Shown piece by piece: positions 35,414-45,270 of a stretch of 64,000 nucleotides of DNA. Location: IMG/VR virus record IMGVR_UViG_3300032241_000649, positions 24,723-88,722 of that record; one strand, given 5' to 3'. The position numbers and the translations under genes are program-made. The stretch is from a virus. Positions within the stretch are counted from its first letter, which is position 1, and each line of letters starts with the position of its first letter. Below the pieces are notes generated by a model that was given only the letters and a program-made list of their open reading frames with translations, was not told the origin of the DNA and ran no database searches.

Positions 35414-35710
35414 TTACAAAGCTTCGATCTTGCCGTACTTGACCAAAAAGTTTCTAAAAGCTTTGGGATCTAGACTTAAGGCAGAAGCCATATCTAAGTC
35501 AGCAGATTTAGAAACCTCAACAGGATAAATTCCACCGTTAAGATCCATGCGCTTATTGACAAACGCAGTGTGCTTACATGCTCCGCGCATGCTTGCGCCA
35601 TCGCAGGTACAACGAAGCTTTTGAGTATCTAGATTGATCTCAACTTCGTGGACCCCATTTGCAGAAAGAAATAGCTGCGTTGTTTGCCAAGTCATTGTTT
35701 TCTCTTTCAT
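35414..35710 (-). CDS. SWIM zinc-finger protein
   Basis: CTC-x8-CKH. Confidence 0.75.
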   Translation of the reverse strand: MKEKTMTWQTTQLFLSANGVHEVEINLDTQKLRCTCDGASMRGACKHTAFVNKRMDLNGGIYPVEVSKSADLDMASALSLDPKAFRNFLVKYGKIEAL

Positions 35711-36387
35711 TATCCTCGACGGTCCCCTTCACTAGACGATACTACAACTGGAATAAAGGCTTCGTTCACGAAACTACCCATGGGTTCCCCGTAAACCTTG
35801 CCCCAATCTTGTTTTGGTACATTTGTTGTAACAATAGTTGGCAACCCCGCATTGAAACGAGATCGCAATAACGCATCAAACTGGTTCTCTGACCAGCCTG
35901 ACGATGTTCTATACTCTTTGCCCAGATCATCTAGGATAAATACCTGTGTGTTATCTATAGTACCAAGGTCACCCCGTATGCTGTCCAATCTAAAGCCGAT
36001 ATCGTGGACATCATCGTTTTCCTCATCCCATTTCTTCTGCTGAAGACGCAAATATTTGGGATAATCCATGAACCGTCCAAGATGCCGTGGCAGTACACCT
36101 GTGGCATCCGCTGGGATACCCCTAATCAGGCTCTGGAGGGCCGTAGAAGCCATTGTAGTCTTACCTTGACCTGGAGTACCCACCAGCAGTAATCCAACCC
36201 CGCAGGAAGGCTTTCCAACCGCTTGGATAACATCGCCATCTATGACTTTCTTTACCCAACCCTTGACAATCTCCAAAGCTGGTGATGGGTCAAGATCTGA
36301 GAACTCCATTCCGACAGTTTTCATTGGAAGACCAGCGTTCATGATCTGCGCTCTACGGCTAGGCTGTAAGCTTTTGATATCGTACAT
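35710..36387 (-). CDS. DnaC/IstB-like helicase loader ATPase
   Basis: GTPGQGKT, ILDDLGKE, R.NAGLPTIVTTN. Confidence 0.85.
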   Translation of the reverse strand: MYDIKSLQPSRRAQIMNAGLPMKTVGMEFSDLDPSPALEIVKGWVKKVIDGDVIQAVGKPSCGVGLLLVGTPGQGKTTMASTALQSLIRGIPADATGVLPRHLGRFMDYPKYLRLQQKKWDEENDDVHDIGFRLDSIRGDLGTIDNTQVFILDDLGKEYRTSSGWSENQFDALLRSRFNAGLPTIVTTNVPKQDWGKVYGEPMGSFVNEAFIPVVVSSSEGDRRG

Positions 36388-37331
36388 TACTCGCCTCTCA
36401 GTAGTTTTAACATCTTCTCTTGGTGTGCTAGGAAATCTTCATCTTCGTAAACAACTGGCTTCTTGGTAACAACCCCGTGAACTGTTAGGTAGTAACCGAA
36501 GAACCGCTGATAAAGCGGCTTACCGATTCCTAAATCGTTTAGCATGCGTGGATCTGCAAAGAACATGCGCATTGCTGCTAGGATAACTACGCGTTCTGTA
36601 CCAAGACTGACCTGCTTGTTAATCCAACCAGCCATACGAACCTGGTTAACTTGGCCGGGCACCCCTGAAGCTTTATCGTCAACCATAGCGTAGAACTCTG
36701 CAATGAGATCTGTGGTAGTCCAGTTTTCTTCTGGAATCTCTTTGCGATTGCGTCCAGCATGCTCTGACTTAGTCTGGCGCTTGTACTTAGCGTTAAGCTT
36801 TTTCTGACGATCTTCAAGTTTGCCGACGGCGCCAGCATCTGCGTCCTCAGTAAACCCACGCTTCTTAGGAGCCTCTTCTTCTCCATCAAGATTCCATGCC
36901 ATTGCTTCTCCTTCTTCCCGAGCTTGCTCGGGTATAGATACAGTTACGTTAGTAACTGTATCTATATGCTTGCTACTAACTGTTAAGTCACTAGTACTAG
37001 TACTAGTATTGATAGAGGTATCTCTATAGACATACATATGCCCTGATTTCCAGGGCGCGGTATTTACCCCGGCTTCTGATAGCATGTTGACTGCCTGCTC
37101 GGTAAATTTGAGCTGGTGGACCCAGCGACCATTGACATTTGTGCGGACAGCACGAACGTACTTGAAGGTTTTTAGCTCATTCAAGGCGTTAACAAGGGCA
37201 TCTCTGCCCTCGGGAAATTCTTTACTTGCCCACAGCTCATCTGCGGACATGAGTCTTCCCTTTTCAAGGAAATAATAGAACAGTGATCTTGCACGTAATG
37301 ATAGACCTGGATTAACAATTGGTTTTAACAT
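36387..37331 (-). CDS. replication initiator-like protein (N-terminal winged HTH)
   Basis: LSLRARSL...EGRDALVNALNELKTFKYV..R...NGRW; directly upstream of the DnaC-like and DnaB genes. Confidence 0.7.
   Translation of the reverse strand: MLKPIVNPGLSLRARSLFYYFLEKGRLMSADELWASKEFPEGRDALVNALNELKTFKYVRAVRTNVNGRWVHQLKFTEQAVNMLSEAGVNTAPWKSGHMYVYRDTSINTSTSTSDLTVSSKHIDTVTNVTVSIPEQAREEGEAMAWNLDGEEEAPKKRGFTEDADAGAVGKLEDRQKKLNAKYKRQTKSEHAGRNRKEIPEENWTTTDLIAEFYAMVDDKASGVPGQVNQVRMAGWINKQVSLGTERVVILAAMRMFFADPRMLNDLGIGKPLYQRFFGYYLTVHGVVTKKPVVYEDEDFLAHQEKMLKLLRGE
36917..37027. repeat. palindrome cluster, candidate replication origin
   Basis: Inverted repeats 36917-36932, 36933-36966 (perfect 15 bp), 36990-37007 (18-nt palindrome), 37012-37027. 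Confidence 0.6.
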
Positions 37332-37353
37332 AAAACCCCCCTCTAGTTCTATA

Positions 37354-37638
37354 TTAGCGTATGTCAACCCTTCTTGGCAAATCCTGAATATCTCTACGCG
37401 TAGCACCCGCAAAAATTTGGTCTACAAGAAGAGAAACAGTAAGTCCTATAAAAGTTGAAGCACAGGCATAGACCAGCAAGTACAACCATTTGACTTCTAG
37501 ATTTATAAGTGCTAAGGTTGCCAACACAAACGCAAGTAACCCCCGCCATTTTCCTAATGGAATGAGGAGGCTATCTACGGCTGTTAGTATAAATGCAGTT
37601 GCTAGTGACGCTATAAGTATTATGCCCATACTTGCCAT
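37354..37638 (-). CDS. small membrane protein
   Basis: Three hydrophobic segments. Confidence 0.65.
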   Translation of the reverse strand: MASMGIILIASLATAFILTAVDSLLIPLGKWRGLLAFVLATLALINLEVKWLYLLVYACASTFIGLTVSLLVDQIFAGATRRDIQDLPRRVDIR

Positions 37639-37639
37639 T

Positions 37640-40600
37640 CTACTCTCTAAAAACGGCTTTGTCAATTCCGAAGGATTGCGCAGAGTTATAGGTAGTACCT
37701 GGATCACAGGTAACAGTTAGAACCGCATATGCTGCACCGATTGTTGTAGATGCAGGGTTTACTACTCCAAGATATCCCCAACGATCTGTTCGAGTAATAA
37801 CTGCTGATGTAGAACGAATAGCGTCTGTGTAGTCAGATAATACAGTTCCAGATACTGGTTCACTAGCTCTATCAGGTGTTGTAGCAACTGCGTATGTTAT
37901 AACACCACCACTATTGCTAAGAATATTAAGACCAACACCATTGTAAGGAGAAGGTAGTCCCTCTACAGTAATAGCTGCACCAATAGCTAGTTGATTTAAT
38001 CCAATTTCTAATGAAGCAATATTAGAGGTTATAGATGCAGTGTTTGCCGCATATCTTTGTAAAGCAGGAATTGGAGTAGGAAGGCTTCCAGTTGCAGCAA
38101 GTACATCAGGTGCGTTTGAACCATAAAAATCTACACGTAAAGTATAGGTACCACTTGCAACTCCATTGATAGGTTTAACTGCAACAGAGCTGTAATAACC
38201 ATGGTTAGAAAGAACGGGAACTAGTCCAGTTTTAATTCCAAAGGTGTAAGAAGAATCTGAAATTATTCTGGATGTACTTACCTTACAATAAGCTGATCCA
38301 TGAACAACAGTATCATTAAAAAGTGTACCCTGTGCGTATTTTCTAATAAGAGTAGAGTTAACACCTTGCCAAAGACCTAAATCACGTTCGAATGATGCAG
38401 AAGGAATTAATGAAGAAGTAAGCTCGCCAGCAAATTCTTCAAGTAGAATACCACGTTGTAGAGACCACGTACTATCGTAAGGAAGAACCAGAGATAATGT
38501 CTCTTTAATACGTGTACTCTTAGTAGACCAGTGGTACATATAGTTACTCTTGCCGCCCTGTTGACTTTGCGCCCTAGTTAGGTAAATATTTCCACTTGTA
38601 TGCAAAGGATTTGGCATAGAGATAGCATCTACGTTAGGATCAATAAATGCAGAGGCTATACGACCATACTCTGCCTGCGCACCATCTACAATAAACCATC
38701 CAGACTGTGGAATCTTACCAGGAATCACATATGGATCAGAGCTTACATGTTGAAGTCTTACTTTGAAGGATGTTTCACCTGGCAATAACTGACGAATAGT
38801 TTGAATACGAATCCATTGATATTGATCATGCTGTACTACAGCAATAGACTTAGAAAATATATCGTTTGTAGTTGAGTAGGTTCCGTTATACCCAGAAAGT
38901 GTGTATACTCCTTCAGAACCACGAACAAACATAGAAACAGTTACATCTTCTCCACCTAGCGCTGCTGCAGGCAAATAAACTGTAGTTTCAATATAAGAAG
39001 TAATTCCTTCTGCACCAGGGTTTTCTAGCTCTGTTACCCCAAAATGAGTTATAGGGGTACCGGCAACAATAAAGTTAGGGGCATACTGAACTATAAGATT
39101 TTTAGTTCCATACTTTGGTGGAAAGTAAAATAAAGCAGGATTATGAGTTACTGGGTCACGAACAATATCTCCATATGTTCCATCATTATTAATAATGCGC
39201 TCACCAGCAAAGTTGTATGGAAAATTGCTTGGATCTGAAACTATAGACATAGTTGCAGAACTTGTCCACCCTGCTGTGTCAGTTTCAAATGAACAATTGT
39301 CAATAAAGTTAATACGGTTCTTAATTTCCCATGACGTATCATTTGACGAATAGAACGGGTCCACTATAGGATCATCAGGTAGTGGTGCTCCGCTTCCATC
39401 AAAATAAGGGTTAGCTTGCACTGAATCCTGTAATAGTAGGCCATCAAACCACATCGTTCTGTTCATGCCTGGCACTGGATTATCAGGAAGACTTGGTAGA
39501 TAAATAGATAGCTTAGCTAGTGGTTGTCCAGAATCTCTAGTGGCTTGTGGAACAATAGCAGTAACTGAAAAACGGCTTTTAATTGGCAAAATTGTAGGCT
39601 CACCAGAAAGAGGGTCAGTATAAAATGTTCCTGCAATATGTACAGGGTCTGAATCTACATAATAAACAGATGGATCAAAGTAGTTACCATCAGCATCAGT
39701 AAAAATATGGTCTTGCTGGTCTACTGAAATTTTATTAGAAAATTCAATACGAGCAACAATGTCTGTAATAGTATCATCACTAGAAGCATAGCCACTAAAT
39801 GTATAGTTCTGACCAGGATCAACAGGAATCCAATCTGATGTAATCCAAGAAGTGTTATAAGACGTACCATCATATGAAAATGTGGTTAATTCTCCTACGT
39901 GCCCTGGTAAAGCGCCTGGATCATATGGCGCACCATGTGTTGGCCATACTAAAGAACTTGGAGAAACAGTTGGATCTTGAGCAAATGATCCATTAGGAGA
40001 AGCGATCCAAAGAGTAACGCCTTCTTCAAATGATGGGTTAATTACGTAATTTTCAGCCTCACCACTAACAAAAATGTTAATACGTCGTGCATCTTGATAC
40101 TCATAGCTACTAGCAGGATCAGATAGCATAAACATATCAAAAATATAACGGCTTGCAGTAGCAGCTGCTGGAGTTAAAGTAATAGACAACCCTGCATATA
40201 CAGCTTTAGCTGGGGAAATAACCCCACTTCTACCTGAACCGCATTGAGAAAGAAATTCTTTCCAAGAAGCAGAAGCAGTAGTTAGAGAAGTATTGGCTGT
40301 TGTACCAATAGTGTTTCCTAAAGCGTCATACCAAATAATTTTTGCTGATACAGTTGCAGCGGTAGAATCTAGTTGTTGTACCCATCCGCTAAATAGGTAG
40401 TATGTATTTGGTTTAACAGGAATAGCAGTATCAGTAGTTGTACCAGAAGCTGGAAGAACCAACGTTACAGGTGTTGTAGCCGCAGTAGATAACGCAGCAA
40501 ACCCTAAAGCACGAGGAGGATACACACTATCAACTAGATGTGGAACAGGTGGAGTAATAGTAAACCCAACTGCACCAAGACCAGCGTAGTTAGCATATGT

Positions 40601-41446
40601 GTATTGCACTAAAGAATTAGTCCAGTTACCAATAGTCTCTTCAAATGAAGAGTCATTATAGCTAAGCATTATATTGTGACCAATATAGACTTCATTTTGC
40701 CAATGAGTTAGGGCAGTTATATAAGAAGATAAAGCCTTAGTTGTTCCCTTATCGGCATTAATTAGATTCCCAGAATTGTATAAAGATCTATGGTAGTTAT
40801 CGCCTAAAGTAGGTTCATAGTTAAACCCAAGCTCAGTTACTTTATAACGCAGCAGCTTAGTAGAGGCTAATGTAACACTGGAAATATCAGACAATACTGT
40901 TGTTTCTCCACGAAAACGGTCGTGTTCAAATACAATCGCAGACATAAAGTTTACAAAATCATGTTGCCCATCTTCATAAAAAGCTATTGGCTCACCAGTA
41001 GCATCTCCTAATCCATAAATAGAGTTAGCCCAGGCTCTAGGAATCCATTTAAGTACTCTTGTTAAAGATCCATCATTTGCAATTACTACGGTTGTAGCAG
41101 ATCCACAAAAAATCCAAGCTTCATTATTAAATACCCAAAGAGAGTAGTTAACTTCAGTGCTTTCATCGTATGTATTTATATCAGTAAACGAAGTAGCAAA
41201 GTTTGCATAAGTACCTGAGGTTACAACTACTCCATCACCTGGATCATCTGGGGCACCAGAAACACTTTTTACTACCTTCCAATAGGTAATATCCGGATCT
41301 GTAGGGTTTTTAACAGCGCGATTCCATGATATATAGGTAATGTTATAGTCATAAGACCATGCTTTAATATTGGAATCATAATATACAATATCAGGCTGCT
41401 CACCGTAAAGTGGTAGCCCGTATATCCCCGCCGAATATGTTGCCAT
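37640..41446 (-). CDS. baseplate wedge/tail protein with several carbohydrate-binding-like domains
   Basis: N-terminal gpI-like region (WIPRAW...KGT..AL); repeated NPSFE/SFE..W jelly-roll modules. Confidence 0.75.
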   Translation of the reverse strand: MATYSAGIYGLPLYGEQPDIVYYDSNIKAWSYDYNITYISWNRAVKNPTDPDITYWKVVKSVSGAPDDPGDGVVVTSGTYANFATSFTDINTYDESTEVNYSLWVFNNEAWIFCGSATTVVIANDGSLTRVLKWIPRAWANSIYGLGDATGEPIAFYEDGQHDFVNFMSAIVFEHDRFRGETTVLSDISSVTLASTKLLRYKVTELGFNYEPTLGDNYHRSLYNSGNLINADKGTTKALSSYITALTHWQNEVYIGHNIMLSYNDSSFEETIGNWTNSLVQYTYANYAGLGAVGFTITPPVPHLVDSVYPPRALGFAALSTAATTPVTLVLPASGTTTDTAIPVKPNTYYLFSGWVQQLDSTAATVSAKIIWYDALGNTIGTTANTSLTTASASWKEFLSQCGSGRSGVISPAKAVYAGLSITLTPAAATASRYIFDMFMLSDPASSYEYQDARRINIFVSGEAENYVINPSFEEGVTLWIASPNGSFAQDPTVSPSSLVWPTHGAPYDPGALPGHVGELTTFSYDGTSYNTSWITSDWIPVDPGQNYTFSGYASSDDTITDIVARIEFSNKISVDQQDHIFTDADGNYFDPSVYYVDSDPVHIAGTFYTDPLSGEPTILPIKSRFSVTAIVPQATRDSGQPLAKLSIYLPSLPDNPVPGMNRTMWFDGLLLQDSVQANPYFDGSGAPLPDDPIVDPFYSSNDTSWEIKNRINFIDNCSFETDTAGWTSSATMSIVSDPSNFPYNFAGERIINNDGTYGDIVRDPVTHNPALFYFPPKYGTKNLIVQYAPNFIVAGTPITHFGVTELENPGAEGITSYIETTVYLPAAALGGEDVTVSMFVRGSEGVYTLSGYNGTYSTTNDIFSKSIAVVQHDQYQWIRIQTIRQLLPGETSFKVRLQHVSSDPYVIPGKIPQSGWFIVDGAQAEYGRIASAFIDPNVDAISMPNPLHTSGNIYLTRAQSQQGGKSNYMYHWSTKSTRIKETLSLVLPYDSTWSLQRGILLEEFAGELTSSLIPSASFERDLGLWQGVNSTLIRKYAQGTLFNDTVVHGSAYCKVSTSRIISDSSYTFGIKTGLVPVLSNHGYYSSVAVKPINGVASGTYTLRVDFYGSNAPDVLAATGSLPTPIPALQRYAANTASITSNIASLEIGLNQLAIGAAITVEGLPSPYNGVGLNILSNSGGVITYAVATTPDRASEPVSGTVLSDYTDAIRSTSAVITRTDRWGYLGVVNPASTTIGAAYAVLTVTCDPGTTYNSAQSFGIDKAVFRE

Positions 41447-41455
41447 GGTTTATTT

Positions 41456-41986
41456 TTACAACCCTCCGAGTAAAAATGGATGTATTGTTGTTACTGCTGC
41501 CGCAATACCGCTTACTAGATTGTTATAGTCTGAGCTTCCTACATAAAGAACGTTTGCTGTTCCTACCTTAGGAATACCATTATAGTCTAGATTAAAGTTA
41601 AGTGGTGTTCCAGAATTAGGTCGTGCTTCAAGCAAATTAGTTGTATCACTTGAGGTACGTTGTAATGTAAGTCCTAATACTCCAGTTGCTGGTTGGATAG
41701 ATGATCCACCTGTTACTTGAACATACGGAGAGTTAGCAACTCCATTTATAAGCCCTGCTTCAAGATTAAGTAGGCGGGCAGTAAGAGTAGTCCAATTTGT
41801 AGTCCTAACAAATTGACGTGATGGGGAGTAATCAGAGGTTCTAACACCATCATTATCGCCCAGCGTAGACTCAATTGCTACTACTTCATTTTGAAGAGAG
41901 TTAATATGGTCAGCTAGAATATAGTCAACAAGGTCTACCTTGGGACTAAATGAGCGAACGTGTAGAGGGAATGTAGCTGCGGACAT
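41456..41986 (-). CDS. minor tail/baseplate protein
   Basis: ADHINSLQNEVVAIE motif; C-terminal HPFLLGG; downstream of baseplate J. Confidence 0.6.
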   Translation of the reverse strand: MSAATFPLHVRSFSPKVDLVDYILADHINSLQNEVVAIESTLGDNDGVRTSDYSPSRQFVRTTNWTTLTARLLNLEAGLINGVANSPYVQVTGGSSIQPATGVLGLTLQRTSSDTTNLLEARPNSGTPLNFNLDYNGIPKVGTANVLYVGSSDYNNLVSGIAAAVTTIHPFLLGGL

Positions 41987-42015
41987 TTACTTACCTGTCT
42001 TTCTATTTAGGTTGT

Positions 42016-43800
42016 TCATGAGATAATTCCCCCACTTACAGTAATGCCAAGGTTAGCTGCAGTCAAATATGGAATCTGATTTGCAGCAAACGCTAGATTT
42101 CCAGAACCTCCATTGTTATCCACGTTTAAGTGGCCAATAGTAACTCCGGTAACTCCTTCTATGCCCTGAATTGCGCTAATAATTTGAGAAACATACACAG
42201 TACGTCCAAAGCTATTTTTATCATAAGCAAAAATACCAGAGGTCCCAATTAAAGCAGCATAGGTTTTTTTAACAATATCTGATTGGCTATTGGCCGCATC
42301 AATATTGATAGTAATCCCTAAATAAATTGGTGTGTAGTCTGGTGGTTGAATAGTAATTGTAGTTCCAACAGGTACTTTATCTGCTAAATATGCTTGAACT
42401 GTTGAGGAAAGCGAGTTCCAAGAACTAAATGGTTTAGGATTTACTACTGTAGCTCCGGCTACGCTACTTACAGAAGCAGTTGTAGCATTTGCTATGGTAA
42501 AGCTACTTGTAGTTGGTACTCCTGTTATTAATACTTTTTGTGCATTGTACCCCGTAGGTGTAATTCCAGCAATAGTAACAATGTCATTAATAACATACCC
42601 ATGATCTACAGATGTAGTATAGGTAGCAGATCCTGAGGTAGGGGTAGATGCAGCCACCGAACTAATAATCTGTTGATTTAATGCAATACCAGGAGTCAAA
42701 GTACTTAAGTCATTTTGTGATTGTACATATAGATTAATAGATGAAGAATATGCTGCAGATGCTTTTGCTCTACCAACACGTGGAACCATAAGAGTTAAGT
42801 TTTCGTAATCAGCAAGGGTTACAGCACGACGACGAGTTGCAATCGCTGCTTTAATCTTTGCTTGTAGCTGAGAACTATTATCACCATCTGCTCCACCAAC
42901 TGCTGGTGCTGAGTTAGTTACAGTAAGATAGCTCTTTGCTTCAGGAACAATATTTCCTGGAATAAAGGTAACTTCCTTTACAGCGTTTGTAATGACGTTT
43001 CCAGAAGCACCAACGCTTGTTTTATAGATTGCACTAATTAGCTGGTTAGCTGGTGGAATAGCACCTGTAATTCCATCTCCAAATACAAGATTTAAAGTTC
43101 CATCTGTATTCTGTACAGTAGTAAATACAAGAGCGTCTGGTGTCTGTTCGAGTAGGTTATCTACATACTTCCACGGAGCAAACGCAGAGCCTTGCCCAAC
43201 ATACGCAATAATAGAATTATCTAAGATATTAGTATCAAAAGGAATAGGAATACTTTGACTAGCAAGTCCAGTAGATAAACCAATGTTAGCTGGAAGTGGT
43301 TTGTTGTATACGGCATCAATAAGGTCAGGACGATCAGTATTAACAGTTTTACCCTCTTCGGCAGGAAGAGTAATAGATTGACCAGGAATAACTCCCACTG
43401 CACCTGAAGTTACTTCAAAGTATGCTTCTGAAAATGGTCCATAGCTAAGAGGTGCTAGTACTTGCGTTCCTACAGGAATATCTACCGTTACATCACTAGT
43501 ATTAGTAAATACAAGATCTACAGTAGATGGGGTAGGGCCGGAAGGCTTATATCCATAAAGATTTGCAAAGCCAAGAAGTGTTTCGCGCTTGATAGCTGTA
43601 TCTACAGTAGTTTCATTAGCAGCTCTATCAATATAGTGAGACATAATGTCTCCCATGTAAGCAAAAGACTCTACCAATACGTTGCCTAGGTCGTTGTAAT
43701 CTGTAGGGTCCCAGTTAAGGTTTGTACGGTTGTTGATAAGCTGAATCAGGTCAGTACGCAGGGCTGTAAAGTCCCTTGATGTGTAGTCTATCTGGCTCAT
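42016..43800 (-). CDS. baseplate J/gp6-like wedge protein
   Basis: IDYTSRDF, D.GNVLVE.FAYMGD, FGDG, GGAD, RAVTLADYE. Confidence 0.9.
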   Translation of the reverse strand: MSQIDYTSRDFTALRTDLIQLINNRTNLNWDPTDYNDLGNVLVESFAYMGDIMSHYIDRAANETTVDTAIKRETLLGFANLYGYKPSGPTPSTVDLVFTNTSDVTVDIPVGTQVLAPLSYGPFSEAYFEVTSGAVGVIPGQSITLPAEEGKTVNTDRPDLIDAVYNKPLPANIGLSTGLASQSIPIPFDTNILDNSIIAYVGQGSAFAPWKYVDNLLEQTPDALVFTTVQNTDGTLNLVFGDGITGAIPPANQLISAIYKTSVGASGNVITNAVKEVTFIPGNIVPEAKSYLTVTNSAPAVGGADGDNSSQLQAKIKAAIATRRRAVTLADYENLTLMVPRVGRAKASAAYSSSINLYVQSQNDLSTLTPGIALNQQIISSVAASTPTSGSATYTTSVDHGYVINDIVTIAGITPTGYNAQKVLITGVPTTSSFTIANATTASVSSVAGATVVNPKPFSSWNSLSSTVQAYLADKVPVGTTITIQPPDYTPIYLGITINIDAANSQSDIVKKTYAALIGTSGIFAYDKNSFGRTVYVSQIISAIQGIEGVTGVTIGHLNVDNNGGSGNLAFAANQIPYLTAANLGITVSGGIIS

Positions 43801-44192
43801 GCTTTTGTCACAGTCCCGTCGTAGTTTATAATTGCAGTGGTAGTACTAATAGTGGTTAGAAGGCTATCAGGTAAGATCAGGTTGATCTCAACTGGTGCCT
43901 CCCCAGTATATGGGTCAATTGTACCAATAATTATAGAATCTATAGAGACTTCTGGTACCCAATTTGCTACAGCTGTCCTAATTGTCTGGTCTATAGCAAT
44001 GGTCAAGTCGTTCTCATTTTCAAACAAAGCAGCGCCTAGATTAGTACCGTAGTTAGGTAGCATAGGGCGCTGACCTATATTTGTAGATAAAAGGGTAAGA
44101 ACTCTATCCTCATAGATCTTTGCTGGGTCTGTAGATGTATCTATTACCCCAAAGAAATTTAGGGTGAATGGGTAGTTAATTGCAGCACTCAT
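43797..44192 (-). CDS. gp25/GpW-like baseplate wedge subunit
   Basis: LLSTNIGQRPMLPNYGT..LFE...WVPEV. Confidence 0.9.
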   Translation of the reverse strand: MSAAINYPFTLNFFGVIDTSTDPAKIYEDRVLTLLSTNIGQRPMLPNYGTNLGAALFENENDLTIAIDQTIRTAVANWVPEVSIDSIIIGTIDPYTGEAPVEINLILPDSLLTTISTTTAIINYDGTVTKA

Positions 44193-44671
44193 GGTTTTAC
44201 TCCTATCCATACTGGGTATTCAGTGAGCCCCGCTTCAAACATAACCCAAACATGCTGGTTTTTTCTTGCAATGATTCTGTGAGGTGTATGCTCATCCGTT
44301 GTATTTGTCTCTTGAGAGTCATTCCATTTTTCAGTAGTGTTAGCTACTGTTTTATGAGGATGATTCAAAGTTCCAGACCCCGCCGCTTGAACAGTATGGG
44401 TATGAGAATCAATACTTGCTGCACCTGTTGTTAATAAAGCAGCAACCTGAGCTGCAGTATGTTCTAAATGATCGGGATGGTTTGCATTACTAGTAATAGG
44501 TAGGCAAGCCTCAGCCCAGTAGTCTCCTATAGCACTGCCATTAGGTTGGTCTACTCGTACTTTAATTCTGCTTTTCTTCTTTGGATCATTAACATCTAAT
44601 ACTGTAGCAGCATAGATTCCATAGTATCTCTGCCGTCCTTGAGGATCAAGGCCATACTCGCTATCATGCAT
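44189..44671 (-). CDS. baseplate spike (gp5/VgrG OB-fold) protein
   Basis: YYGIY.A.V....DP....RIKV; VWVMFEAG..EYPVWIG. Confidence 0.85.
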   Translation of the reverse strand: MHDSEYGLDPQGRQRYYGIYAATVLDVNDPKKKSRIKVRVDQPNGSAIGDYWAEACLPITSNANHPDHLEHTAAQVAALLTTGAASIDSHTHTVQAAGSGTLNHPHKTVANTTEKWNDSQETNTTDEHTPHRIIARKNQHVWVMFEAGLTEYPVWIGVKP

Positions 44672-45270
44672 TATAGAATCACCGTCCCTTTACTATTTGC
44701 AACCCATTTAACTGGTTGTTTTACTTGTGAAAAATTAGGAGCACTTCCAGAGTATACACCAGCATATGGGTCAGGAGCTGTTGAGGCTGCTGGTACAACT
44801 TGTGGTGTTGACGGCACGGCTCCATATGAAGGTGTTAATGAAGAGGCGTTAATATTAGGAGACTGATCTAATAAAACAGAACCAGGTACAGTTAAAGACT
44901 GGTTTGCTATCTCAGCTTGTACATCCCTAATAACTGGATTATTACCAGCTGTTGGTGAAGTAGCCCCAATAACATCAGTGCCTACCTCAAGGTCCATCAT
45001 GTAGTTGCCTGGACGTCCACCAAATATATGCTTAATAGAAAGTACTGTCCAATAACCGGACATACCATTCGGCAAGCCATCTAAATAAATAGGATCGTAA
45101 ATTCTTAAGTCTGCAGTACCAATAATTGTAACCTGGGCTCTATGACGATAGCGATTAGCATTTGAATGATCCAACGCTAATTGCTTAGAGTCAGCAATTG
45201 TTCTAACTACCTCATGCGTGTGATGTGTTTTAAAGGTTGCTTTTTTAGGATTATTAGAAAAAGTAGTCAC
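44671..45270 (-). CDS. baseplate hub (GpD/gp27-like), C-terminal part
   Basis: AQVTIIG...LR...PIYLDG...MSGYWTVLSIKHIF; GTG start with AAGGAG RBS. Confidence 0.7.
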   Translation of the reverse strand: MTTFSNNPKKATFKTHHTHEVVRTIADSKQLALDHSNANRYRHRAQVTIIGTADLRIYDPIYLDGLPNGMSGYWTVLSIKHIFGGRPGNYMMDLEVGTDVIGATSPTAGNNPVIRDVQAEIANQSLTVPGSVLLDQSPNINASSLTPSYGAVPSTPQVVPAASTAPDPYAGVYSGSAPNFSQVKQPVKWVANSKGTVIL

